A DNA stretch of 64,000 bases. Source: the human T2T-CHM13v2.0 reference genome, Homo sapiens. The DNA lies in assembly GCF_009914755.1 (NCBI RefSeq), contig NC_060947.1. One strand, written 5' to 3'. Position numbers and translations under genes: made by a program. Numbering within the stretch: the stretch's first letter is position 1; each line of letters begins with the position of its first letter. Below are positions 25,561 to 41,728 of the stretch, piece after piece. The notes under the pieces are model-generated. The model searched no databases, was not told the origin of the DNA, and saw nothing but the letters and a program-made list of their open reading frames with translations.

Positions 25561-28500
25561 CTGTCTTGTGTGGTGCTTAAGCAAGGATGGGCCCACACTC
25601 TTGGATCACTGAGAGACTTGAGATCCCCAGGTTCACAGGCCAGTGGTAGAGAGAGGAGTGCCAGCCTCCACAGGGCTGACAACTGCAAGGATACGGCTGG
25701 TCTGCAAACAGTTGTCCCTGCCTGATGGAGCCTCGTGGAACAGAACACCCCAAAAAAGAAATGTGGGCCCAAAGCCACTAATCAGAGGGGGCTCCTCCAA
25801 GGCTAAGAAGTGGTCTAGGTGAGGGAGTCATCTCTTTCCCCCTCTACCACAGAGCACTACTGCCAACTGCACCAAAACCCAAAAAAGCTGTGCAGTAGAG
25901 TGAGAGCTGATCTGCTGGGTAATATTCATAAGCCCCTCCTACAGGATCACAGCCCAAAATACAACACCAAAATATTTTTCTAGCATACAGCAACTATGAA
26001 AATTAAGGCAAAGGCTCCCACCAGTGGCCTGTCCCAGCCAACACATGTGTACCCCGTTGTGCTGCCATGGCTGCTGGCACACACAAGTGAGCAAAAATCC
26101 CACTGCCACTACCCTTACGAAGTGCCTTGGCTGACATGTGTCATTAGGGTGTTGAGGCCAAAGAACCAGGAACACCTTGGCCCCTCCAGAACAATAGGCT
26201 TCTAACATCACAGGACCAAAGAGCAAAGCCAAGACTTGGCACCATCCCTCCAGAGTTTGAGCATGCAGCCCAAGAGTGATGATCTCAGGCTTGGCCCTGT
26301 GAGATCTTTTGAGAATGAAAGCCAGTTCACAGAACACACCTTATTTCACAATCAAAACCCCAAGAACAGCAAAGAAAATAAAAGCAAAAAAGAAAAAAAA
26401 TCATCCAAAGGACCGTGCCTTCAAAGATAAAAGAAATATCAGCCCACAAAGATGAGAAAGAATCAGCACAAGAACTTGGGCAACTCAAAAAGCCAGAGTG
26501 TCTTCTAACCTTCAAATGACTGCACTACTTCCCCAGTGATGTTTCTTAAACCAGGCTGAATTAGTCGAAATGACAAGCATATAATTCATTGAAAGAGAGT
26601 GCGAGAAAGCACACAAGTTGCAAAACATATTTGAAGATATTGTCTACCAAAATTTTCCCTATCTCGCCACAGAGGCCAACATTCTAATTCAGAAAATGCA
26701 GAGAACCTCTTTGAGATACTACACAGGATGACCATTCCCAAGACACACAGTCATCAGATTGTAGAAGGTCAAAATGAAAGAAAAATACTAATGGCAGCTA
26801 GGAAGAAGGGGCAGATCATCTACAAAGGGAACCCTATTAGGCTAATAGTGAACTTTTCAAGACAGAAGAGATTGAGAGCCAATACTCAGTACTCTTAAAG
26901 AAAACAATCTCCCATCAAGAATTCCATATCCTATAAAACTAATATTCATAAATGAAGAAGAAATAAGGTACCATTCAGACAAGCAAATGTTAAGGGAATT
27001 CATTATCACCAGACCTGCCTAACAAAAAGTCCTTAAGGTAGTACTAAATATGGAAACAAAAGACCATTACTGCCCACAACAAAAATGAACTTAAATGCAT
27101 AGACAATTGACCCTCTGAAAGCAAGCACACAATCAACTATGCATAACAACCAGCTAACAACATGATGACATCATCAAATCTGCCACATGTCAAGATTAAC
27201 CTTGAGTGTAAACAAGCTAAAATGTCCCAATTAAAAGGCACAGAATGGCAAGTTGAATAAAGAAACAATATCCATGCTGCCTTCAAGAGACCAATCTCAC
27301 ATGCAGTGACACTCTTGGGCTCATAGAAAAGGGATGAAGAAAAATCTACCATGCAATTGGAAAACAACAACAACAAAGCAGGGACCATTATTCTAATTTC
27401 AGACCTAACAGACTTTAAACCAACAATAATCACAAAAGAAACGAGTAATACTGCATAATGGTAAAGGGCTCAATTAAACAAGAAGACCTAACTATCCTAA
27501 ATATATATGCTCCAAATGCAGGAGCATCAAGATTGATAAAACAAGTTCTTAGAGACCTTTGAAGAGATTTAGATAACCACACAATAATAGCCAGGGACAT
27601 CAACACCTTACTGACCATATTAGATTATTGAGGCAGAAAATTAGCAAAGATATTCAAGACCGAAATTTGACACTTGAGCTAGTGGACCTAACAAACACCT
27701 ACAAAACTCTCTACCCCAAAAATCAGAATATATGTTCTTCTCATCTTCACATAACACATACTCTAAAACCAACCACACAATCAGCTGTAAAACAATTCTC
27801 AATAAATTATAAAAAGCCAAAACATACCAACCATGCTCATGAGGCACAGCGTAATAAAAATAGAAACAAATACTAAAAAGATCACTGAAAACCATACCAT
27901 TACAAGGAAATTAAACAACCTACTCCAAAATGACTTCTTCATGCTTCAATCTTAGAAGATCGTATGCTTCCAGGAACTTATCTATTTCTTTTAGGTTTTC
28001 TGGTTTGTTTGCATAGAGGTGTTCATAATAGCCTCTGCAGTTTTTTGTAGTTCTGTTGGGTCAGTGGTAATATCCTATGAAGAAAGGGAAATCCTGAACA
28101 GAGACCAATAATGAGTTCAGAAATCAAATCAGTAATAAAAAGGCTGCCAACAAAACTCCCAGGAGCAGATACATTCACGGCCAAATTTTACCAGATGCAT
28201 AAAGAAGAGCTGGTACCATTCATTCTAAAACTATTCCAAGAAATTGAGAAGAAGGGGCTCCTTCCTAACTTATTCTATGTGACCAGCATCATTCTGATAC
28301 CAACACCTGGCAGAAACACAAACACAAAACTTCAGGCCAAAATCCTTGATGACCATAGATGCTAAAATCCCCAAGAAAATACTATTAAACTGAATCCAGC
28401 ATATCAAAGAGCTAATTCACCATGGTCATGTCAGATTTATCACTGGAATGCAAGGTTGGTTCAACATATGCAAATTAACAAATTTGATTCCTCAAATAAA

Positions 28501-28909
28501 GAGAACTAAAACTAAAAACCACAAGATGATCTGAATAAATGCAGAAAAGGATATCAACAAAATTCAACATTGCTTCATGTTAAAAACTCTCAACAAATGA
28601 GGCATTTAATGTATCTCAAAATAATAAGAATCATCTATAAAAAATACACAGTAGACATCATACTGAATGGGCAAAAGCTAGAATTTTTCTTGAAAATAGG
28701 AACATGACAAGGATGCATATTCTCACCACTCGTATTCAACATAGTACTGAAGGCCTTTGCCAGAGCAGTCAGGCAAAAGAAAGAAATAAAAGGCATCCAA
28801 ACAGGAAGAGAGGAAGTAAAACTATCACTATTGGCAGACTATATGATTCTATACCTAGAAAACCCCAAAATCTCCCACCAAAATCTTCTTGATCTGATAG
28901 ACAACTTCA

Positions 28910-29383
<474 letters not shown>

Positions 29384-30215
29384 CTACAACAATTATAAAA
29401 CACAGCACAAAGAAATCAGACATGACATAAACAAATGGAAAAACATTCCATGCTCATGGATAGGAAGAATAAATATTGTTAAAATGGACATACTGCCCAA
29501 AGCAATTTATAAATTAAATGTGATTCCTATCAAACTACTAATGACATTCTTCACAAAATTAGTACAAACTTTTCTAAAATTCATTTGAAATAAAAATTGC
29601 CAATATATCAAAAAAAAAAATCTTGAGCAAAAAGAGCAAAGCTGAAGGCATCACATTATTTAACTTCAAAATATACTATGAGGCTACAGTAACCCAAAGA
29701 GCATGGTACTAGTACAAAAACAGACACACAGACCAATTTAACAGACTAGAGATCCTAGAAATAAAACCGCACACTTAAAACTATCTGATTCCCCACAAAG
29801 TTGACCAAAATAAGCAATTGGGGAAATACTCTCTATTTGATAAATGTTGCTGAGGTAACTGGCTAGCAATATGCAGAAGATTGAAACAGGGACCTTTCTT
29901 TCACCATATACAAAAATCAATTCACGATGGATTAAAGACTTAAATATAAAACATAAAACTATAAAAATCTTTGATAAAAACTTAGGAAATACCATTCTGG
30001 TTATAGACCTTGGCAAAGACTTTATGATGAAGATGCCAAAATCAACTGAAACAAAATAAAAATTGACAAATGGAACCTAATTAAACTACAGTGCTTCTGC
30101 ACAGCAAAACAAACACAGCAAAACAAAGAAAGAAACAAAAAACTATCAATGGAGTAAACAGAAAACACAAAATCAGAGAAAATATTTGCAAACTATGCTT
30201 CTGACAAAGGTCTAA

Positions 30216-30601
<386 letters not shown>

Positions 30602-31422
30602 ACAAACAGACACTTTTCAAAAGAAGACATACAGGCGGCCAATAAGCATATAAAAAAATGCTCAGTATCACTAATTATTAGAGAAATACAAATCAAAATA
30701 ACAATGAGATATAATCTCACACCAGCCAGAAAGGCTATTACAAATTTAAAAAATAACAGATGCTGACAAAGTGACAGAGAGAAGGGAATGCTTGTACAGT
30801 GCTGGTGGAAATGTGACTTAGCTCAGCCACTGTAGAAAGCAGTTTAGCAATTTCTCAAAGAACTAAAACACAACTTATTTAACACAGCAATCCCATTATT
30901 GGGTATATACTCAAAGGAATATAAATTGTTGTACCATAAAGACATCTGCCTGTGTATTTTAATTGCAGCACTATTCAAAATAGCAAAGACATGGAATCAG
31001 TCAAGATGCTCATCAATGGTATACTGTATAAAGAAAATGTGGTACATATACATGAGGGAATAATATAAAGCCATAAAAATACAAGATCATGTCCTTTGCA
31101 GAAACATGGATGGAGATGGAGCCCATTATCTTAAACAAACTAATGCAGAAACAGAAAACCAAATACCGTATATCTTACTTATAAGTGGGAGCTAAACGTA
31201 GAATACATATGGACACAAAGAAGACAGCAATAGACACAAGGGCCTACTCAAGGCCTGAGGGTAGGAGAAAGGTGAGAATAAAAAAAAAATTACCTATCAA
31301 GTACCATGCTTATTACCCGGGCGATGAAATAATGTGTACACAAAACTACCAGAACACACAATTTGCCTATATAACAAATGTGCACATGCACCCCTGAGAT
31401 TAAATAAAAATTAAAAAAAATA

Positions 31423-31786
<364 letters not shown>

Positions 31787-32380
31787 CTAACCATAGAAAC
31801 AAATATATAAAAAGAAAAATATGGAAATATTTGTTTATTTTACAGTTGTATACTGTTATATAAGTAAAATATCTTTATGGCTAAAAGGGCCATAAAACAG
31901 TGAAAAAACCAAATGGCCACTATGGATCAATATTAATTGCGGCCCAGGAAACAGAGTCGCATTGTACAACCATAACCTATGTAACCTACTGTCTGAATGA
32001 AAGGTGCAAGAAACCCAAACAAAGAGAATTTGGAAGCCTGGTAGCACTCCCAAAAATTGTCTTTTGCAAGCTTCATAGTAAATGTAGAGAGTGAACATTT
32101 ATTCCAGATGCTGGCAGTATCTAGAATATTATTTTTAATTTTAATATTGATATAAGTTTTTACCTTTTCTCTCATTTTGAGGGGTTTATTTTCTGGGAAA
32201 CTGAGAGAATATAATTATGGCATCTTCCTACAGCTTATATATAAAAACTGAATGATATAAAATTTCATTATTTTATTTTTATGAGAGTTATATACATAAA
32301 CACATATAATCAAATACATTGTTCCCATTATAGTTTTGAACAAATGATCATTTCTCAGATCAATTAAGACTAAGAAAGTA

Positions 32381-33183
32381 CCAATACACATACGAAAAAT
32401 GCTCAACATCACTAATCATCGGGGAAATGCAAATTAAAACCACAGTGACATATTACCTTACCTCAGCCAGAATGGCCATTATTAAAAAGTTAAAAAAAAA
32501 AAAAGAAGGTGGAATAGATGTAGTGAAAAAGGGACCCTTATACATTGCTGGTGGCAATACAAATTAGTACAACTTTTATGGAAAACAGTAGGGAAGTTTC
32601 TCACAGAACAAAAAATTGATCTATCATTTAATCCAGCATTCCCACCACTGGGTATCTACCCAAAGGAAAAAAAAAGTCACTATATCAAAAAGACACACGC
32701 AAACGTATGTTTACTGCAGCACAGTTCACAACTGCAAAGATATGTAATCAAATTAAGTGCCCACCAACTGATGAGTGGATAAGAAAATGTGACACACACA
32801 CATACACACACACACACACAGACACACACACACACAGTGGAATACTACTCAGTCATAAAAAATGAAATAAAGTATTTTGCAGCAACTTGGAAGGAACTGG
32901 AGGCTATTATTCTAAATGAAGTAATTCAGGAATTAAAAACCAAATACCACATGTTCTCATTTACAAATTGGAGCAAAACTGTGAGTACACAAAGGTATAC
33001 ATAGTGGTAGGATGGACACTGGAAACTCAGAAGAGGGAAGAATGAGAGAGGAGTGAGGGACAAAAAACTACTTATTGGGTACAATATACACTGCTCAGGT
33101 GATGCTGTAAAATCCTAGACTTCAGCCATGTAACCAAAAACTACTTGTACCACTAAAGCTATTGAAATAACAAAAATAAAGAA
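32381..33183 (+). mobile_element. 5'-truncated L1PB3/4-like 3' end with an internal (CA)n
   Basis: 'aatgctcaacatcactaatc..ctacttgtaccactaaagctattgaaataa'. Confidence 0.85.
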
Positions 33184-33429
33184 AAGAAGTACTGTGTAAT
33201 GTAAGTTTGTCAAGAACATAAAAATTCCTAGGGAGAGATGCTGAGAATCAGAGGAACTTGTCCTACCGGCAGATTCTCAGGAAGAGTAGACCCTATGCAC
33301 CAAAAATTTCTTCTCACTACATCAGAATTTATTTACTACATGTAGCTTTCTGTGTAAAAATTCACCAATTTGAGATTTTAGTTAACAAATATCCTCTCTC
33401 TTTTTAAAAGAAAATACCTCTCAGTAGAA

Positions 33430-34230
33430 TAAGAACCCTTAATCAGTAAAGGATAGTGACTAACTGAGAGTTTCAAGAATCCATACTGATATAAAAATAA
33501 ATGGCTGAAAAGGAAATAAATAAAGGAGAATAGATACATCTCTGGTGGAAAAGAATTTCAAATAATTTATATAGGAAGTAACAAGAGCATAACCACAACT
33601 TGTTACATCCGGGCTTTACCTGTGCCTTTCTTCCAAAGTGCACAACATGAAAAAGGAAAGAGGAATAACTTTACAGTGGATAAAACTAGCACACACTACT
33701 TCAGACTGATGACTAAGATCTACATCATACTCTTGTTATGATGGGATAAGAGTGGCAGTTTAGATTTGTGGTCTTCCTCCTCAAAACTTGTAAACTGAGT
33801 CTAACCATAAAAAACTCTCAGACATATACCAATAGAGGGAATAGAGGGTCATTCTACAAAATACCTGAGCAGAACCTCTCAAAAACTGTCAAGGTCATCA
33901 AACACCAAGAGAATCTGAGAAATTGCCACAGCCAAAAGAGTATATGATGCATAAGAAAACGTAATGATTAATTTCAAAGACATATCCTAGATAGGATACT
34001 GAAATAGAAAAAAAGACATTAGGTTAAAACTAAAAAATAAAAAAAAATATGGAGTTTAATTAATAATAGTGTGTCAAATTGGATTTATTGATTTGTAAAT
34101 TTTAACAATGTATCATACTCATGTTAGGTATTAATAATAGGGGAAACTAGGTGTGGAGCATATGAGAACTTTCTGTAGTAATTTTGTAATTTTTCTGTAA
34201 ATCTAATGCTCTTCTACAATTTAATATTTA
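33430..34230 (+). mobile_element. L1MC/L1MD-like 3' UTR
   Basis: 'aactttacagtgga..cattctacaaaatacctg..aaactgtcaaggtcatcaaa..ttaataataggggaaact..ttttctgtaaatcta'. Confidence 0.8.
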
Positions 34231-34548
34231 TTAACACAAATGTAGGATGATGTTACTGACACCTTGTTTGCTCAGTAAAAAGTTTGAAATGACCATAGGA
34301 TCACATTTAAATAAAATAAACACCCAGTACCACCCCCACATACAAACACATGCTAATACTGAGAAAAGAAACTAGACACAAAGGCTCAATCAAGGGTCCA
34401 AGAATAATTAAGGTTTATCCTGCACTTAGAGAAGTAATACACCAGGAAGTTTCCTGGGATTGAATGTAAGTACAAGATTTATATTATTCTTCTGTATACT
34501 TCCAAAAGTTATCTGAAATTGATAACATGATCTAAACACACTTTATTA

Positions 34549-36675
34549 TTTGTTTCATCAGTGTTTTGTAGTTCTATTTTAGAGATCTTTCACCTCCCTG
34601 GTTAGAAGTATTTCTAGGTACTTCATTCTTTGTGTGACTACTATAAATGAAATTGTGTTATTGATTTGATTCTCAGCTTGAATATTATTGGTGTATAGAA
34701 ATGCTACTGAGTTTTGTACATAGGTTTTGTATCCTGAAACTGTAGTGAAGTTGTTTATTAGGTCTAGGAGTCTTTTGATGGAATCTTAAGTTTTCTAGAT
34801 ATAGAAACATCATCAGTGAAGAGAAATAAATTGACTTCCTATTTTCCTATTTGGATGCCTTTTGTTTCTTTCTCTTGCCTGATTTATCTGACTAGGACTT
34901 CCAGTGTTATTTTGAATAGGAGTAGTGAGATTGGACATCCTTTTCTTGTTTTAGTTCTTAAGGGTAATGTTTTCAGCTTTTGCCCATTCAATATAATGTT
35001 TGCTGTGGGAAAGAAATCACAGACAGCACAGACAAATGAAAAAATATTTTATGTCCATAAATTGGAAGAATCAACATCACTAAAATGGCCACACAGCCCT
35101 AAGGAATCTATAGATTCAACACAATTTCTGTCAAACCGCCAATGTCATTTTTTACAGAATTAAAAAAAATTCTTAAATCTGTATTAAAACAAAAGTCATC
35201 CTGAATAGCCAAGGCAATCCTAGGAGGAAAACAAAGCTGAATGTGTCACATTACCTGACTTCAAGCTACACTACAAGACTATAGTAACCAAAAGATCATA
35301 GTACTTGTAAAAAAACAGACTCAGAGATGAGTGGAACAGAAGACAGAACACCAAAATAAAGCCACACACTTACAACCAGTTAACTAAGCTTTGACAAAGT
35401 TGGAAAAATAAATGGGGGAAGGAGACCCTATTTAATAAATGGAGCTGAGATATCTGACTAACCATATACAAAAGAATGAAACTGGACCACTATCTCATAC
35501 CACATATAAAAGTTAACTCATAATGGATTAATATTTAAATGTAAAACCTCAAGCTATTGAAATCCTACAAGAAAACCTACGAAAAGTTTTTGTGCACATT
35601 GGTCTAAGAAAAGAATTTCTGACTAAGTTCTTAAAAGCAAACATGACAAAACCAAAAAATATACAAGTGGGACATAATTAAACAGCTTCTGTATAGCAAA
35701 ATAAACCATCCACACAGTAAATAGACAAGCTACAGAAAGTGAGAAAATATTTGCAAACTATGCATCTAACAAAGGACTAATATCCAGAATCCATAAGGAA
35801 ATTAAACAAAACAATGAGAAAAAAAATCTTATTAAAAAGTGGGCAAAAGTCATGGACAGACACTTCTCTAAAGACATACAAACAGCCAACGAACATATGA
35901 AAAAAATGCCCACTATTATTAATCATCAAAGAAATGCAAATTGAGAACACATAAGATAATGTCTCACACCAGTCAGAGTGGCTACGGCTAAAATGTCAAA
36001 CATATTGACAAAGATATTGGTGAGGTTGCGGAGAAAAGGAAATGCTTATACACTGTTGGTAGGAATGTAATTTAGTTAAACTTCTGGGGAAAGCAATTTG
36101 GAAATTTCTCAAAGATCTAAAAATAGAACTGTCACCCGATCCAGCAATCTCTTTCTTTGAATTTCCTTTTACAAAGGAAAATAGTTTTACCAAAAAATAA
36201 TCTGCACTTATATGTTCATTGCAGCAGTATTCATAATAGTGAAGATACTGTATCAACCTAGGTGCCTATCAATGGTGGATAGGATAAAGAATGTTGTACA
36301 TATACACCATGAAATACTATGCAGCCACAAACAGAATAAAATCATGTCCTTTGCAGCAATATCGATGCAGTTGCAGATCATTATTCTAAAGGAATTAACA
36401 CAGAAACAGAAAACCAAATACCACACATTCTCACTTATAAGTCAGAGCTAAGTATTGCATACACATGGACATAAATATGGGACCAAAAGACACTAAAGAT
36501 TCCAAAAAACTGGAGGGATATGGGGAGAACGGTTAAAAATTACATATTGGATACTATGTTTACTATTTGGGTGATGGTTTCTATAGAAGCCCAAACCTCA
36601 ACATCACACAATATATTTATGTAACTAACCGGCACATATAACCCATAAATCTAAAATAAATAAATAAATAAATAA
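34549..36675 (+). mobile_element. L1PA16-like element with a twin-priming 5' inversion (minus 34549-35008, plus 35009-36675)
   Basis: Outer end of the inverted block (rc 'aaaacactgatgaaacaaat') is contiguous with 'gaaagaaatcacagac'; TSD-like aaacacactttatta and aaacacattatatta. Confidence 0.85.
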
Positions 36676-36984
36676 AACACATTATATTAGAATAATTAAA
36701 ATATAGAAGAGGTCTAGGTTGTCAGAAGCATATGTAAAGCAATTTGAGGTTATACAAAAGGCATTTTTTTATTTAAAAGTTATATGCAACAATATTATGT
36801 TTAACAATTATCAGATAATATTTTTAAGATGAGATTAATCCGATTCTATTTTTCCATGGAAACAAGTTTACTCACTGAACTTTAATTACTTACTTATCCA
36901 TAAAATAAAAATCATAATATTTATCATGTCTACTTTCCTGTATCACAGAATAAAATAAGAAATAAATTTGATATTTAAACTTTT

Positions 36985-37095
36985 TTTCAACAAATACATA
37001 TTTGATCAATTACTGTGTTACACATTGTTGTAGAAACTAGGGATTGAGCAGTGAGGAAAAAGCAGGCAATGTTCTTGTTCTCATGAAACTTAAAT
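36985..37095 (-). mobile_element. L2 3' fragment
   Basis: 'ttcaacaaatacatatttgatcaattactgtgt..ctagggattgagcagtga..ttctcatgaaactta'. Confidence 0.6.
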
Positions 37096-37178
37096 AAGAA
37101 AAAACAAATTATTAAAAAGTAAATTGATAATTTTTGAGAATTTTGGTGTATGTCAAAATTTATTTTGGCAAAGATAAA

Positions 37179-37467
<289 letters not shown>

Positions 37468-38714
37468 ACAGATAAAGTTTTATTCAAATTTAAAATATTG
37501 CTATCAACATGAAAATTATTTCATATTCTCTGCATAGTCTCAGTTTCCTCCATTTGCTTGCTGTGTAGTCTGATTTTTTTTTAAATAGATTTTGGGAAAC
37601 AGGTAGTTTTTGGTTACATGGATGAATTCTATACTGGTAAATTCTGAGATTTTGGTGCACCTGTTACCCAAATATTGTACACTTTACCCAATATATAGTC
37701 TTTTATCCCTCATCCTCCTCCCAACCTTTGCCCTGAGTCTCCAAAGTCTATTATATCATTCTTATGCCTTTGCATCTAAATAGCTTAGTTCCCACTTATA
37801 AGTGAGAACATAAAATATTTGGTTTTCCATTCCTGAGTTACTTCACTTAGAATAATAACCTCCTACACCTTTCAAGTTGCTGCAAACAGCATTATTTTGT
37901 TCCTTTTTATGACTGAATAGTATTCCATGGTGTATATATACCACATTTCTTTATCCACTTGTTAATTGATGGACACTTTGGGTTCATAGCTTTGCAATTG
38001 TGAATTGTGCTGCTACAAACATGCATGTGAAAATGGCTTTTTCATACAAGACTTCTTCTCCTCGAGTAGATACCCAATAGTGGGACTGCAGGATCAAATA
38101 CTAGATCAAATTTTAGTCCTTTAAGGAATCTCCATATTGTTTTCCATAGAGGTTGTACTAATTTACATTCACACCAACAGTGTAAAAGTGTTCCCTTTTT
38201 ACTTTGCATTTTCCTGATTATTACTGATGTTGAGCATTTTTTCATATGTTTGTTGGCCATTTGTATATCTTGAGAAATGTCTATTCATGTCCTTTGCACA
38301 GTTTGTGATGGAATTATTTGTGGTTTTTTTCCGACTGATTTGAGTTTCTTGTAGATTGTGGACACTAGTCCTTTGTGAGATGCATAGTTTGCAAATATTT
38401 TCTCCCATTCTGTGGGTTGTCTGTTTACTCTGCCAATTATTTGTTTTGTTGTGCAGAAACTTTTTAGTTTAATTATATCCAACTTATTCATTTATTTTTT
38501 CATTGTTTTGGGGGTCTTTATCATAAAATCATTACCTAGGCAATGTCCATAGTTTTATCTATGCTCATCTAGAATTTTGTGGTTTCAGATCTGAGATTTA
38601 GGTCTTTGATTCACCTGGAGTTGATTTTTGTATAAGACGTGAGATGAGGATCCAGTTTCATGCTTCTACCCATGGCTTGCCAGTTTTCCCAGCACCATTT
38701 ATTGAATAAGGTGT

Positions 38715-41078
38715 TGTATTAGTGTGTTCTCACAGTGCTATAATGAACGAGCTGAGACTGGGTAATTTATGAAGAAAAGAGGTTTAATTGACTCATAGTT
38801 CTGCAGGCTTAACAGGAAGCATGAATTGGAGGCCTCTAGAAACTTACAATCATGGGGGAAAGTGAAGGGGAAGCAAGCACATCTTACCATGGCAGCAGGA
38901 GAGACAGAGAGAGAAGGAGGAGGTGCCTCATACTTTTAGATAATCAGATCTTGTAAGAACTCATTCAATATTATGAGAACAGCAAGGGGAAAATTCACCC
39001 CCATGATCCAATAACCTTCTACAGGCTGTTCCCCCAACATGTGGACATTAAAATTCAAGATGAGATTTGGGTGGGGACACAGGGCCAAACCATATCTTTC
39101 TGGCTGTGGCCCCTCTCAAATGTCATGTTGCTTTCACATCTCAAAAGACAATCATGCCTTCCCAACAGCCACCCAAAGTCTTAACTCATTCCAGCATTAA
39201 CTCAAAAGTTCACATTCAAAGTCTCATCTGAGACAAGGCAAGTCCCTTCCACCTATGAGACTGTAAAATAAAAAACAAGTTACTTCCAAGATAAAATGAA
39301 GATACAGGAATTGGGTAAATGCTCCCAATCCAAAAGGGAGAAATTGGCCAAATCAAAGGAGCTACAGGCCTCATGAAAGTCTGAAATAGAACAGGGCAGT
39401 CATTAAATTTCAAAGCTATAAAATAATCTCCTTTGACTCCAAGTCTCAAAACCAAAGCACACTGATGCAAGGGGTGGGCTTCCAAGGCGTTAAGCAGCTC
39501 TGCCTTTGTGGCTCTGCAGGGTACAGCACCACAGCTGCTTTCATAGGCTTGCATTGAGTGACTGTGGCTTTTCTAGGCACATAGTGCAAGCTGTCAGTGG
39601 ATCTACCATTTTGCACTATGGAGGATGGTGGCCCTCTTCTTGCAGCTCCACTAGGCAGTGGCCCAGTGGGGATTCTGTGTGGGGGCTCCAACCCCACATT
39701 TCCCCTCTGCACTTCTGTAGTAGAGGTACTCCATGAGGGCTCTGCTCCTGCAGCAGACTTCCTCCTGGCCATCCAAGCATTTCCATACATCCTCTATAAT
39801 CTAGGTGGAATTGCCAAAGCCACAACTCTTGCCTTCTGTGTACCTGCAGGCACGACACCACATGGAAGCTGCCCAGTCTTGGGGCTTGCTCACTCTGAAG
39901 CAATGGCCTAAGCTGTATCTTGGCCCTTTTAGCCAGGACTGGAGCTTGAGCAGCTGGGACACAGGGCACCTTGTCCCACGACTGCACAAAGCATCTGGGC
40001 CCTGGGCCTGGCCCACGAAACCATTTTTCCCTTCTAGGCCTCCAGGCTTGTGATGGGAGGGACTGAAGTGAAGGTCTCTGACATGCTCTGGAGATATGTC
40101 TTGGCTATTAACATTCCGCTCCTCTTTACTTATGCAAATTTCTGCAGCAGGCTTAAATTTCTCCCTAGAAAATGAGTTTTTCTTTTCTACCACATGGTCA
40201 GGCTGCAAGTTTTCCAAACTTTTATGTTCTGCTTTTCTTTTTAATATAAGTTCCAATTTTAGACCATCTATTTTCTGACACATATGAGCATACACTTTTA
40301 GAAACAACCAGGTCACATCTTGAATGCTTTGATGCTTAGACATTTCTTCCATCAGATACCATAAATCACGTCTCTCAAGATAAAAGTTCTACATATCTCT
40401 AGGACAGGGACAGAATGTTACCAGTCTCTTTGCTAGAGCAAAGCAAAAGTGTCCTTTACACCAGTTCTCATCTCCATCTGAGAACACCTCAGCTTGTACT
40501 TCATTGTCCATATCACAATTAGCATTTTTAACAAAACCATTCAACAAGTCTCTAGGAAGTTCCAAACTTTCCCACATCTTCCTATCTTCTGAGCACTCAA
40601 AACTGTTCTAATCAATGCCCATTACCCAGATTTAAAGTTGCTTCCACATTCTCAGGTATCTTTATATCAGTATCCCACTCCTAGTACCATTTTTCCATAT
40701 TAGTCCATTCTCACAGTGCTATAAAGAACTACCCAAGACTGGGTAATCTGTAAAGAAAAAAGGTTTAATTGACTCACAGTTTTGCAGGCTTAACAGGAAG
40801 CATGACTGGGAGGCCTAAGGAAACTTACAATCATGGCAGAAGAGAAAAGAGAAGAAAGCACATCTTACCATGGTGGCAGGAGAGACAGAGAGAGAATGGG
40901 GAGGTGCCATACACTTTTAAACAATGAGAACTCATGAAAACTCATTCACTATCATGAGAACAGCAAGTGAGAAATCTGCCCCCATGATCCAATCACCTTC
41001 CACCAGGCTCCTCTCCTGACACATGGGGATTACAGTTTGAGATGAGATTTGAGTGGGGACACAGAGCCAAATACATCA
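38715..41078 (-). mobile_element. Complete THE1D-like MaLR: LTR 38715-39097, internal 39098-40695, LTR 40696-41078
   Basis: Paired LTRs 'tgagactgggtaatttat..gaggtttaattgactca..aggaagcatg..gagatttgggtggggacacag'; 5-bp TSD ggtgt/ggagt; MaLR ORF remnants at 39801-40352 and 40389-40577 (WESLELPRDLLNGF). Confidence 0.92.
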
Positions 41079-41359
41079 GGAGTTTTTTGCTCAATTTATA
41101 TTTTTGTAAGCTCTGTCAAAGATCAGTTGGCTGTGAGTATTTGGCTTTAATTCTCTGTTCTCTATTCTTTTCTGTTGGTCTAAGTGCCTATTTTTATACC
41201 AGTACCATGCTGCTTTGGTAACTATAGCCTTGTAGTATATTTTGAACTCTGGTAATGTAATGCTTCCAGATTTCTTCTTATTGCTTAGTAGTGCTTTGGC
41301 TATTCAGGCTCTTTTCTGGTTCCATATGAATTTTAGAATTGTTGTTTCTACTTCTGTGA

Positions 41360-41728
<369 letters not shown>

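Noticed and set aside
24600-26430. GC-richer segment with many ORFs, resembling a promoter or exons
   Set aside because: Explained by the L1 5' UTR; CpG-depleted, with no splice-supported coding signal
31856-32175. Short overlapping ORFs in non-repeat DNA as a possible exon
   Set aside because: No recognisable protein similarity or convincing splice pair; kept only as candidate transduced DNA
34549-36675. L1 strand switch at ~35008
   Set aside because: Ordinary twin-priming 5' inversion with a TSD; a well-described class
39216-40352. Dense overlapping ORFs of 100-183 aa
   Set aside because: THE1 internal region; decayed MaLR ORF and its shadow frames
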